A stretch of 64,000 nt of DNA, from the NCBI RefSeq assembly GCF_902652985.1, contig NC_047023.1, positions 40,982,001-41,046,000 on the forward strand, given 5' to 3'. Origin of the DNA: Pecten maximus (taxonomy: Eukaryota). Below are positions 46,401-58,839 of the stretch, one piece after another. Every line of letters begins with the position of its first letter. Positions within the stretch are counted from its first letter, which is position 1. The position numbers were made by a program, and so were the translations under genes. Below the pieces are notes generated by a model, which was given only the letters and a program-made list of their open reading frames with translations, made no database searches and was not told the origin of the DNA.

Positions 46401-47468
46401 GAAATAACTAGTCTTTTTAAGGTAAGAGGAAAATCACTAGTCTTTTTAAGGTAAGAGAAAATAACTAGTCTTTTTGAGGTAAGGGGGAATAACTAGTCTT
46501 TTAAGGTAAGAGAAAATAACTAGTCTTTCTGAGGTAAGGGGGAATAACTAGTCTTTTTGAGGTAAGGGGGAATAACTAGTCTTTTTGAGGTAAGGGGGAA
46601 TAACTAGTATTTTTAAGGTACGGGGGAAAATAACTAGTATTTTTAAGGTAAGGGGGAAAATAACTAGTATTTTTAAGGTAAGGGGGAAAATAACTAGTAT
46701 TTTTGAGGTAAGGGAAAATAACTAGTATTTTTGAGGTAAGGGAAAATAACTAGTCTTTTTAAGGTAAGGGGAAATTACTAGTCTTTTAAGGTAAGAGGAA
46801 AATCACTAGTCTTTTTGAGGTAAGGGGAAATTGAATATTTTTGAGTTAAGGGCAAAGTAACTAGTCTTTTGAAGGTAAGGGAAAATAATAGTCTTTTGAA
46901 GGTAAGGGAAAATAACTAGTCTTTTTAAGGTTAGAGAAAATAACTAGTCTTTTAAGGTAAGGGGGAAAATAACTAGTCTTTTTTAGGTAAGGGAAAATAG
47001 CTAGTCTTTTTAATGTACGGGGGAAAATAACGAGTCTTTTTGAGGCAAGGGAAATAGCTAGTCTTTTTTAGGTAAGGGGAAATAACTAGTCTTTTTGTGG
47101 TAAGGGGAAATAACTAGTCTTTTTTAGGTAAAGGGGAAATAACTAGTCTTTTTTAAGGTAAGGGAAAATAACTAGTCTTTTTAAGGTAAGGGGAAATAAC
47201 TAGTCTTTTTAAGGTAAGGGGAAATTAACTAGTCTTTTTAAGGTAAGGGGAAATTAACTAGTCTTTTTAAGGTAAGGGGAAATTAACTAGTCTTTTTAAG
47301 GTAAGGGGAAATTAACTAGTCTTTTTAAGGTAAGGGGAAATAACTAGTCTTTTTAAGGTAAGGGGGGAAATAACTAGTCTTTTTGTGGTAAGGGGAAATT
47401 AACTAGTCTTTTTGTGGTAAGCGGAAATTAACTAGTCTTTTTGTGGTAAGCGGAAATTAACTAGTCTT
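43405..47468. repeat. ~29-31-bp satellite (ATAACTAGTCTTTTTGAGGTAAGGGGAA), interrupted by a CR1 LINE
   Basis: Tandem units at 43405-43894 and 45441-47468; roughly 80+ copies estimated from length. Confidence 0.97.
43892..45444 (+). mobile_element. 5'-truncated, inactivated CR1-clade LINE (RT domain, 3' UTR stem-loop, (ATAACT)n tail)
   Basis: VPEDWKSARV..YKKG..NYRPVSLTS, DYQKAFDTVPH, SGIPQGSVLGP, MFADDTK and CR1-type C-terminus WNSLP...FKNRLD. Frameshifts and stops between ~44510 and 44885. Stem-loop at 45371-45409, tail at 45411-45444. Confidence 0.95.
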
Positions 47469-47799
47469 GGAAGTAAAAGCGATTCCATTTACTCTCTCAA
47501 GATGAGGACGGTTGTGTCTTCTATTTAAAGCCTTAGCCTTTTTTTTGTGGAACATCATAACAGTCGGCTGGTAAGATCAGGCAGTTGGATGCAGTATGTC
47601 CTTTCCTCTCTGAGGAATAAGGGCGATATTTTTTATCCCACGAAATAACACTGATAGCAGTATAACAAAAGAATTTTATTTGCAAATATGGATTACAAAA
47701 ATGATGACTGACAAAATTATAAAGACTACTAGTTTGCGCAAATACACTGGAAATGATAACGACCGCCTTCTGTAAAATGTGGTCAACATCATACACTCG

Positions 47800-48968
47800 T
47801 ATCTCGAAAGGTTATTGGGTCACATGGTTCCTTCGATGGTTAAAGTCTAGAAAGGTTATTGGGTCACATGGTTCATTCGATAGCTAAAGTCTAGAAAGGT
47901 TATTGGGTCACATGGTTCCTTTGATAGCTAAAGTCTAGAAAGGGTATTTGGTCACATGGTTCCTTCGATGGTTAAAGTCTAGAAAGGCTATTTGGTCACA
48001 TGGTTCCTTCGATAGCTAAAGTCTAGAAAGGTTATTTGGTCACATGGTTCCTTCGATGGTTAAAGTCTAGAAAGGTTATTGGGTCACATGGTTCCTTCGA
48101 TAGCTAAAGTCTAGAAAGGTTATTTGGTCACATGGTTCCTTCGATGGCTGAAGTCTAGAAAGGTTATTGGGTCACATGGTTCCTTCGATGGTTAAAGTCT
48201 AGAAAGGTTATTGGGTCACATGGTTCATTCGATAGCTAAAGTCTAGAAAGGTTATTGGGTCACATGGTTCCTTCGATGGCTGAAGTCTAGAAAGGTTATT
48301 GGGTCACATGGTTCCTTCGATGGTTAAAGTCTAGAAAGGTTATTGGGTCACATGGTTCCTTCGATGGCTGAAGTCTAGAAAGGTTATTGGGTCACATGGT
48401 TCCTTCGATGGTTAAAGTCTAGAAAGGTTATTGGGTCACATGGTTCATTCGATAGCTAAAGTCTAGAAAGGTTATTGGGTCACATGGTTCCTTTGATAGC
48501 TAAAGTCTAGAAAGGTTATTGGGTCACATGGTTCCTTTGATAGCTAAAGTCTAGAAAGGGTATTTGGTCACATGGTTCCTTCGATGGCTGAAGTCTAGAA
48601 AGGTTATTTGGTCACATGGTTCCTTCGATGGCTGAAGTCTAGAAAGGTTATTGGGTCACATGGTTCCTTCGATAGCTAAAGTCTAGAAAGGCTATTTGGT
48701 CACATGGTTCCTTCGATAGCTGAAGTCTAGAAAGGTTATTTGGTCACATGGTTCCTTCGATGGCTGAAGTCTAGAAAGGTTATTGGGTCACATGGTTCCT
48801 TCGATAGCTAAAGTCTAGAAAGGTTATTGGGTCACATGGTTCCAACAATGCTTAAAGTCCCGAAAGGCTATTTGGTCACATGGTTCCTTCGATGGCTAAA
48901 GTCTCGAAAGGGTATTGGGTCACATGGTTCATTCGATGGCTTAAGTCTAGAAAGGGTATTGTGTCACA
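47800..48968. repeat. 44-bp minisatellite, ~26 copies
   Basis: Unit AAAGTCTAGAAAGGTTATTGGGTCACATGGTTCCTTCGATAGCT; period 44 (47821 to 47865). Confidence 0.97.
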
Positions 48969-49498
48969 CGCATTTACTTGTTGAAAAGAATCATGATATC
49001 GACTGGATTCGCAACTTAAATCTAGATTCCATGCTGGAGTGAAGAATGTAAGAAATATCAGGAATGTCAGAAATATGACATTTGTTGAATAATAGTTCAT
49101 AAATTTCGGATTGTGTTAGGTAGAAAAGTAGTGAAGTTTTAGCATAGAACGTGGAATGGAAGACAATCAAAGAGCTGAAGGTCAGAAACTTGGGATTGTG
49201 TTGGTAGATAGGTAGTGAAGGTCTAACATAGAACGTGAAATTGTAGGAAATTAAAGTGCTGAAGGTCAGAAACTTGGGATGGTGATTGATAAAAAAGTAT
49301 TGAATGTTAGGTTAGGAAAGAATGACAGAAAAGCGCTGATGGTCAAACGTACAACGGCAGTCTGCAATCTTGGAACAAGAGATGAGAATATTAACTTTGG
49401 GGTTGTTACATTCATATTTACCGGTACGTTGCGAGAAGTTGAGGGCTAATTATGTTGCAAATGTTTATATATTCAAAGAAGGATTTGCCATGAGAGGT

Positions 49499-50733
49499 CT
49501 AGCCTACGAGCATACTCTCGGGGATGAATGTTTCCAGGGTCCTAGCCACGTTCTCGACAGATCTGGGGATAACTTGTATGTGGATTTGGGTCTTGTGACT
49601 GGTTCCCATGGTTCCCTCCACGCACAAGGCCTCGTCACAGTATTCGATAGTGTGAACACTGTTGTCATATGTACCCCGGGTAAAGTTGCCAGATCCCCCG
49701 TTCATCACATCAAACATGGAGCTCGTGTGAGCTGTACTCGGCACGATTCCTACAGCTAGTTTGTTTGAGTAAAAGTCAAAGTTGAATGGTGCCTCCCACA
49801 TAACAATTACTCGGCGGTTGTCAATCAACCAAGAGACGTCTCCTTGCGTCCCTGTAGCAGTGAAGCCAGTTTTCCTGGCAAGCATTGCTTCTCGCTGACC
49901 CGGATGTATCTCACGAGGCGAGAGTGTAATCACTCCTCTGTCGGGGTAGGCAACGGGATTGGTCATTGCCCACTTGCTGTAGTTGTCCACCTCCATGCCA
50001 ATCACGTTTCTGTAATCGAGGGCGTCCATTAGCGTGTTGAGGTGGGTCCCCTGCAAGGAAGTACCGTCTTTGATTGCTCCAGAAATGGCGGACACGATCT
50101 GAGGATCTAGTTTCCCGAGGGCAAGTCCTGTGAAACGTAAAAAATAATAACGTACCGTTTTATAAGTGTATGTCAGAATGCAGATATCATTTTTTTGGAA
50201 GATGCCTTTAATGATAACAAAGAGTAATCGGCTACATAAACGCGTTAAACTTTGGTTGGGATAACAGCAAGGCATTTTGAGAGTGATGCAAGGAATCTTG
50301 GGAAAGAAATTCAGGGATTTAGGATATATATATATATCCCTCTGGTCAATCCGGTAGATTTCCTGGATGTATTCAGCGCCTAGCTGATTCTGTGATATTA
50401 ATTTTTTGGCCTCTAAGTGCATATCAAAATCTGAAAAAAGGGTGGCGGGAAGACTTGAGTAAAAAATAATTCGGATTATTATGAATACCCTTTAGTGTGC
50501 ATTGCTTTGGTTGACAACAAAGGCTCCATAGACTTCGCAAGTCTGCGGATACACACGTTGAAACTATTGAGCTGTTGGGGGTCTATCAGTTAAATAATAG
50601 ATTTTGATAAAATCAAAAACAACATAATATCCCATAAAAGGAGCTATAATGCAGCTAGTTAGTATCTGATAATTTCACTCAACTCACCTAATTGCCCCAG
50701 TGCAAGGAGCATGTGTATGGTTTGGCCGAACAT
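49499..50733 (-). CDS. Secreted actinoporin-like pore-forming protein (tereporin/conoporin/echotoxin type), 224 aa; exons 50688-50733 and 49499-50127
   Basis: Exon 1 MFGQTIHMLLALGQL-G (donor GTGAGT) joins in phase 1 at TTTCACAG to LALG-KLDPQ, giving a signal peptide. Actinoporin hallmarks: EVDNYSKW, EIHPGQREAMLARK, TATGTQGDVSW and VMWEAPFNFDFYSNKLAVG. The first ~98 aa of the listed 307-aa ORF are intronic. Confidence 0.88.
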
Positions 50734-50905
50734 CCTGAAGGTTTTCGTAGTGTCTGGCTTGTTCGAACGTTTCTATATGATATAATTCTCTAAGCAGCTG
50801 TCCTTTCTCACAGGACGGTTGTTTTCTGCGACTCAGGATTTCTCGTGATGGTTCCGTCAGGAGTGTAAGCAAGCAGGAAGTAACAGCTTAAGCTGAATAC
50901 AGCCT

Positions 50906-50913
50906 TGACGTCA
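50906..50913. promoter_or_regulatory. Perfect CRE palindrome TGACGTCA upstream of the actinoporin-like gene
   Basis: About 175 bp 5' of the ATG at 50733. A TATA-like TATAGAA lies on the minus strand at ~50771-50777. Confidence 0.4.
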
Positions 50914-51397
50914 CGCCAGTTCAAAAGGTGGAGGTTGGATTTTTACACCGCTCTCTCTTATCGTTAAATATTTGTACGGCGGCAGCATTGTTATCGATCC
51001 ATTATTTTGGTAACAGTACGGACTCCTATCTTAGAACCAGTTGTGTATCGAAAGGAAAAGCAAAATCAGAATGTTATGGGCTAACGTCGACAAATTCATT
51101 TGATTTCATTTTTTCTTAAATCAATCACATCTTATTTGGTTTTCGTACTTCAAGTACAACACAACCTACCAGGTTTTCTCGTATACTCAGGGTACCTAAA
51201 TATTATGAAACCTTGTTCTGGGATATGCCACAAATTGTCTCTTGATTTCTAAGGTCAAGCACGTGATTAATTTTTTGACCTTCAACTTTAACCACACATT
51301 TGGTGTTTAAAGATTCAACAAAAATTACTACCAGTAGTTTAATACTGTGACGTATTTGGCTATCAACTGCTTTTATACGTACAAGTAATTCGAGAAA

Positions 51398-52052
51398 GGC
51401 TGAATGAAACCATCAGAAGATAAGGGCGCAGGAAAAGCTGAATTTAAAAAATCAGAAGATTGGGGCACAGGCAAGGCTGAAAAAAAATGCAGGAAAGGCA
51501 TAATGAAAAAGTCAGAAGATCGCGGGGCATGGAAGGCTGAATGAAGACATCATAAGATTGGGACACAGAAAAGGTTTAATGAAAACACCAGAAGATTGGG
51601 GCGCAGGAAAGGCTGAAAATATGATAAAAAGATTGGGACGCAGGAAAGGCACAATGAAAAAGTCAGAAGATTGGGACGCAGGAAAGGCACAATGAAAAAG
51701 TCAGAAGATTGGGACGCAGGAAAGGCACAATGAAAAAGTCAAGATTGGGGCACAGGAAAGGATGAATGAAAACAGAAGAAGATTGGGGCACAGGAAAGGC
51801 TGGATGAAAACAGAAGAAGAATGGGGCACAGGAAAGGCTGAATGAAAACAGAAGAAGATTGGGGCACAGGAAAGGCTGAATGAAAACACCAGAAGATTGG
51901 AGCACAGGAAAGGATGAATAAAAACAGAAGAAGATTGGGGCACAGGAAAGGCTGAATGAAAACACCAGAAGATTGGGGCACAGGAAAGGCTGAATGAAAA
52001 CACCAGAAGATTGGGGCACAGGAAAGGCTGAATGAAAACGGAAGAAGATTTT
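51398..52052. repeat. 38-bp minisatellite, ~17 copies
   Basis: Unit AGAAGATTGGGGCACAGGAAAGGCTGAATGAAAACACC; explains the three overlapping minus-strand ORFs. Confidence 0.95.
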
Positions 52053-52442
52053 GGAGCAAACTTGCGATTCGCATCACTAAGAGACTCAGAAATACCTCGG
52101 GACTCCTCAAATGGCCACATAGTGTTGTGGGGTTTTTCAACCTTAGTTACATTTCAACTGCTGCAGTTGACAGTCAATATTATAATGGACAAAAGCGGGT
52201 TTTGTACTAAAGGTTTCGTGTAAAGTATAGCAGTGCACTATTTTCAGTACGTCAGAGCAAGAGAATTTTACAATTGTGAGGTTGGTTTTCAACTGTTTTA
52301 CATATATATAGTTTTTGGTATACAAACATGATCTATCTGTATTTCAGCTATACCTTCCACTACTTTGTAAACAAACCTCTTTTAGGTTACTCCAACCAGT
52401 ATTCATCCTCGCACAAGCACGTGGTCATAGCCAGAGACGATG

Positions 52443-54782
52443 ATCACACTGTTTTATATAAATAACACTATTTATACAAATAACACTATTTATACAAATA
52501 ACACTATTTATACAGATCTCACTATTTATACAAATAACACTATTTATACAGATAACACTATTTGATACTGATCACACTATTTATACGAATCACACTATTT
52601 TATAAAGATAACATTATTTATACAGATCACACTATTTATACAAATAACACTATTTATACAAATAACACTACTTATACAGATAACACTATTTATACAGATC
52701 ACACTATTTATACAGATAACACTGTTTATACAGATTACAGTATTTTATACAAATAACACTATTTATACAGATAACACTATTTTTATAAATAACACTATTT
52801 ATATAGATCACACTATTTTATAAAGATAACACTATTTATACAGATCACACTATTTATACCGATCACACTATTTATACAGATCACACTATTTATACAGATA
52901 ACACTATTTATACAGATCACACTATTTATACAGATAACACTATTTATACAGATCACACTATTTATACAGATCACACTATTTATACAGATCACACTGTTTA
53001 TACAGATCACACTATTTGTACATATCACACTATTTATACAAATAACACTATTTATACAGATCACACTATTTATACAAATAACACTATTTATACAGATCAC
53101 ACTATTTATACAGATCACACTATTTATACAGATAACACTATTTATACATATAACACTATTTATACAGATAACACTATTTATACAGATAACACTATTTATA
53201 CAGATCACACTATTTATACAGATCACACTATTTATACATATAACACTATTTATACAGATAACACCATTTATACAGATAACACCATTTATACCAATAACAC
53301 CATTTATACAGATAACACCATTTATACAAATAACACTATTTATACAAATAACACTATTTATACAGATCACACTATTTATACAGATCACACTATTTATACA
53401 GATCAAACTATTTATACAGATCACACTAATTATACAAATAACACTATTGATACAGATAACACTATTTATACAGATCACACTATTTATACAGATAACACTA
53501 TTTATACAGATCACACTATTTAAACATATCACACTACTTATATACAGATAACACTATTTATACAGATCACACTGTTTATACAGATCACACTATTTATACA
53601 GATAACACTATTTATACAGATCACACTATTTATACATATCACACTATTTATACAGATCACACTATTTATACAGATCACACTATTTATACAGATAACACTA
53701 TTTATACAGATAACACTATTTATACAGATCACACTATTTATACAGATCACACTATTTATACAGATAACACTATTTATACAGATTACACTATTTATACAGA
53801 TAACACTATTGATACAGATAACACTATTGATACAGATTACACTATTTATACAGATCACACTATTTATACAGATAACACTATTTATACAGATTACACTATT
53901 TATACAGATAACACTATTTAAACATATCACACTATTTATACAGATCACACTATTTTATACAGATCACACTATTTATACAGATCACACTATTTATACAGAT
54001 AAAACTATTTATACAGATCACACTATTTATACAGATCTCACTAGTTATACAAATAACACTATTTATACAAATAACACTATTTATACAGATCACACTATTT
54101 ATACAGATCACACTATTTATACAGATCAAACTATTTATACAGATCACACTAATTATACAAATAACACTATTGATACAGATAACACTATTTATACAGATCA
54201 CACTATTTATACAGATAACACTATTTATACAGATCACACTATTTATACAGATAACACTATTTATACAGATCACACTGTTTATACAGATCACACTATTTAT
54301 ACAGATCACACTATTTATATACAGATAACACTATTTATACAGATCACACTGTTTATACAGATCACACTATTTATACAGATAACACTATTTATACAGATAA
54401 CAGTATTTATACAGATAACACTATTTATACAGATCACACTGTTTATATAGATCACACTATTTATACACTTACAATATTTGATACAGATCACACTATTTAT
54501 ACAGATCACACTATTTATACACTTACAATATTTGATACAGATCACACTGTTTATACAGATCACACTATTTATACAGATCACACTATTTATATACAGATAA
54601 CACTATTTATACAGATCACACTATTTATACAGATCACACTATTTATACAGATAACACTATTTATACAGATCACACTATTTATACAGATAACACTATTTAT
54701 ACAGATAACACTATTTATACAGATCACACTATTTATACACTTACAATATTTGATACAGATCACACTAAAGATAACACTATTT
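52443..54782. repeat. 18-bp minisatellite, ~130 copies
   Basis: Unit ACAGAT(C/A)ACACTATTTAT. The ICINSV and IQITLF ORFs are translations of it. Confidence 0.98.
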
Positions 54783-56402
54783 CACTGTCACTTTCTATGG
54801 TATATATTTCAAAAAACCGAATCGAAATCTAAGAAGAGAAATTGTATCCTGTGATAATTGAGGAATTTGATATATAGACGGGTCATCTTGAACATTTCAC
54901 TTTGGCTGTTATAAATAAACCAACAAATCAAAGTTTTCCGGAACAGTGTACAATGTAACTAACTAAGGATTAGATGTAAACACCTTTTTAATGTCTACTT
55001 TCCTGCGAACTGTTTTCTGTGTTTTCCCTGACTCTTTGTTGTTTACAGTTTGTTGGATCTATTCTCTCCGCCTCTGTAGGAAATAAATAAAATAAGACTT
55101 ATATTATTACGGCTTTCATTATGTTATATTTCAGCACTATTCTGTAATATTATACGCGTATAAAATCAAATAATTTTACAGATTAAATGTATACAAAAAA
55201 ATCTCTTTTACCGATCAACCAGTCAGCGCTTGAAGTGAAACTCTTTGACGGGTCTATTTCCGTTTGGAATTTCCTTCATTTCCCTATTGTCGATGTAAAT
55301 ATAATTTACACTTAAAACCATGTATATTGTACTTACACAAAGTAAAAGATCCAGAATAGATCTAGATCTACTATTGTTGGTCTTGGTCTCAGTATCTGGA
55401 ACGTCATCTGACAAATCTAAAAAAAAAAAAACAAAGAAAGAAAGAAACGATAACATTAATTCAAATGTATTGTACTTGAATATATTATTTGATATATTTA
55501 GAATTTGCTTTTAGGAAATCTTGATGTATAAAATCTGCGATGAGAAAACTTAGGCCAGTTTTATGGGCATTTCGATACCTAGTCCAGTCTCGTCTATAAA
55601 TCAAGGAAACTTTTACCTTAAAATTGTCCACAGGAAACATGACAGAATGAAACTCTCCCTAATTAAAACCTCGCTATGATTTCACAGCACATAAATTACA
55701 AAATTACAAATATATGTTGTAAGATGGAATGCATACCCTAATGATGACATACCGTTATTTCAATATCGTAGTTTAAAAATAAAACGCAAGTAAAACCGGA
55801 AAACTTCCCACTCATTACATGGAATCTCTAATGCGGTGCTCCACTCTGTATTTGTAAATGAGCATTGGAGAATATGCCATATACGCATACGCTTGATTTG
55901 TTTTGAAGAATGACGGACTGGCAGTCAAAGCCACGCATCAGAAGCCTAATGTCGATCGGAAGTGCACTATCGATTGGCAATGAAACTTGTCTTTTATGAT
56001 AAACAAACCCATGCTTTTCTGTTTATCATCCGGGGTTGTAACTCAGCGCGCGCTGGATTGGTTCACGTTCTATTTTTAGACGTGTATAACATACTTTACT
56101 TATGCATTGCTGACGTAACTGAGTAGATGTGCGGGAAGTTATATGAAGATAAATCCAGGGGATTATGAAGTTTAATTTGATGATATTTATATCTATAAAC
56201 AAAAACAAAGGGAGGCTTGGATATTTTAATGGAATTTCCATAAGTAAAGGAACATTGCTTAAACATGGACGTAAATATGGCTCTGTACGTTTGAATAAGG
56301 ATTCTAAGATTTCATCAAGAAGAGTTTGGTGCCCGTGCCGCACATCTTCTAATGTTTATGTAGCCTAACATCACGTTAAACGGATGTTTAACATATTCAA
56401 TA

Positions 56403-58581
56403 TCAAGATAAACACCTACCTATTTCTGATAGCTCAACACAACCATTCCCTATAGCATCTCCAAGGACAACAGGCGTTGTCATCACTGGCGAAGGGGAAC
56501 TGGTCGGAGGTGACGCCACAGCAACCATGGCTGGCTCCATAACTGTAGTTTTAAGACTCAATTCCTTGTTTTGTTGGGTGACGACACTGTCTTGCGCCTG
56601 TTTTCCTTTGTTTAAACCGCTTGGGAGGGTTTCGACCTCCCTGCCTAAAGCTGGAACAATGCTTATCCGTAACAAAGATCGTAGAGTCGACTGTGTTCGT
56701 TCCACAGACATCAATGAAAGCTTTGATCTTTTAATTTGTGAAATATTATCCTTGGATTGTGCTAGAATTGGAGTAGTGGAGGAGACAGGTATCGCAGATG
56801 ATGCGGAATGTGTCTGGCTCAAATTCCGCTCTGAGCACACTGTCCCATTACCAACATTCACAGAGTCAATCTTTTCTGGCTTTGTAGCTTGATCTGTTGT
56901 GCAAATTTTATCAGATTTCTCTCTATTTTCTAAATATTTAGAGGCAGATCTACCCAGTATAACTGCAGTAGTTATCGGGAGGGCGGTTGTCAGGGCAGAC
57001 ACGGTAGGGCAACCAGCTGGAACATGGATAGGAATGTTCTTTCTATCGTTATTATATCTGCTTAAGTCATGGCCTCTCTCAAGAACCCTTTCGCATGAGT
57101 TATACAGAATTGGAGACGCACTACTTTTGAAAGCCAATAGCAGGGCAGACCCAACAGAAATATGTTCGAGTTTCTTGTGTCGTGAGACATTTTCATTAGT
57201 TACAACTTGCAGGGGCGATGTTGTCAATGCAGTAGATGAGACTGGTACCGCCTGATTGATTGTTGAAGGGATGTATTGTTTCTCGTGAGAAACTGATGGT
57301 GGCATTTCTGAAGCTATGGTGTCTGCCATAGTGTGGTAGGTCACACACGAAGGATCGTCAGCACACACAGCCGAACAGGTGTGGTCAACATCATCATCTC
57401 GGGTAGACATACACAACGGTTTGGATTCCGTTGTTTGTTGGTATTCTGAAGAAGATATCCCATCGGATAACGTGATGATGATGTCAGGAAGCCCCGGCGA
57501 GGTCTCCTGGGCGTAGGTCGTCCCCCAAGGATCTGATAACCGAGAGTCGATGCTGCGCGTAGGCTTATTCGTATGCGTTGGCGACAAAGCTCTAGCAACG
57601 CTTGGCAACACACAGTCTGGAGACTTGGGTCGGGCGGTAGGTGGCGCTCTACCATCAACCGTTGACCGCCGTTCTGTTGACTCTGAAATATCAAAAGTAT
57701 CAATGTCTGACCTAACATTTCATATTCGAATTGATAAATCATATCATGAGTTCACTAACTATATTTAACATTCAAGAAGGAGGGTATTTCCTCCATAATT
57801 CATTTATTCATTTAAAACAGTATACAGAAAACGCGAGTACAAACAACTGGAATTGAGGCTAGCTCGATAACCCCTTACCTTTCGGAAAAGTTGCCGACTT
57901 GAGACGGACTGGATTTCGGTCGGATGAACAGACCTTCTGCGATATGACTCCTGATATACATTGCTCGCCTATTTGAAATGTGGCTAGCTTTTCCCTTCCA
58001 GCAAAACATAATCCAGATTCGTCATTTACGCGCTCCGGGTCTGCTTTTTTATTAGACGTCTTGGGATTCGTTGGCTGAGACGAATCTCCGCAACTCAGCT
58101 CTGTACAAAAAAGTATGAGATACGATCTTCAAATATTGGACAATATATACATTGACGGTAAGGTCAAACTAAATTAAATAGGTAATGGTTTTTGATTTTT
58201 TTTGTATTGTTTAAAGTTATTCAATATTCATTTTACGATGAAAAAAAAAAGTTTTCCTATGTCTCAGGCAAATAAGAGTATTATTTTTGACATCACATTT
58301 AAAGTAACTTGCATCTACAAAAATACCAAAGGCGGGAGGAAACCAATCATTTCAATAAAATGTGCGATATACGTTATATATATATAGGTATTTAATTCTA
58401 TATTGATTTATAAAATGCATTCTCACGTGGTTCTGATTTTTTACAGTTGCGCAATGTGCCGACAGGTGTGACTTCCGATTTGGCGGTTTGGGTAAAACCC
58501 ACAGCTCCCTCCTGCATGGTGACTTTTGGTATAACGCTGCCTGCTTTTACGACATGAACAGAGAATTCAAGTAATGTTTTT
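56403..58581 (-). CDS. Uncharacterised Ser/Thr/Pro-rich protein; candidate exons 58427-58581 (ATG at 58517), 57879-58100, 56420-57682; 3' end uncertain
   Basis: Three phase-compatible GT-AG exons give >520 open codons that include the 402-aa ORF. The frame either stops at 56403 or splices at 56420 to a further exon such as 55337-55416. No domain recognised. Confidence 0.6.
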
Positions 58582-58672
58582 CTGATGAAAAAGAAAAAAA
58601 AATATCCATAATCGACTAAATGGAATTACATATTGTAAATACAAAATTGCTCGAAGGACATCCGAAAGGCGT

Positions 58673-58831
58673 CGTTGGATATCCACTTTTAATTGCACTA
58701 CACTACGTAGCCCGAAATTCCTCTGGTCCTGACACCATGTCTGGTGTAAGGGCCCTACACCAGACATGGTGTCAGGACCAGAGGAAACTCGGGCTACGTA
58801 GTGTAGTCCAATTAAGAGTGGGTATCCGACG
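58673..58831. repeat. ~160-bp near-perfect palindrome containing the TAGCCCGA hairpin element
   Basis: Arms are centred on GGGCCC (58750-58755). The inner part (58708-58796) matches the element at 4562-4625. Confidence 0.9.
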
Positions 58832-58839
58832 GTCTGTCC

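Noticed and set aside
47800-48968. CRISPR-like appearance of the 44-bp, 80-bp and 30-bp arrays
   Set aside because: Units are head-to-tail with no unique spacers, there are no cas genes, and the context is eukaryotic.
50128-50422. N-terminal 98 aa of the 307-aa ORF
   Set aside because: Intron read-through; a clear acceptor and an upstream signal-peptide exon give a better model.
51663-52140. Three overlapping Cys/Phe-rich ORFs
   Set aside because: Produced by the 38-bp repeat, which lacks stops on the minus strand.
52562-54581. Long ORFs of ICINSV / IQITLF / YTDHTI repeats
   Set aside because: Translations of an 18-bp minisatellite, open on both strands and broken by indels.
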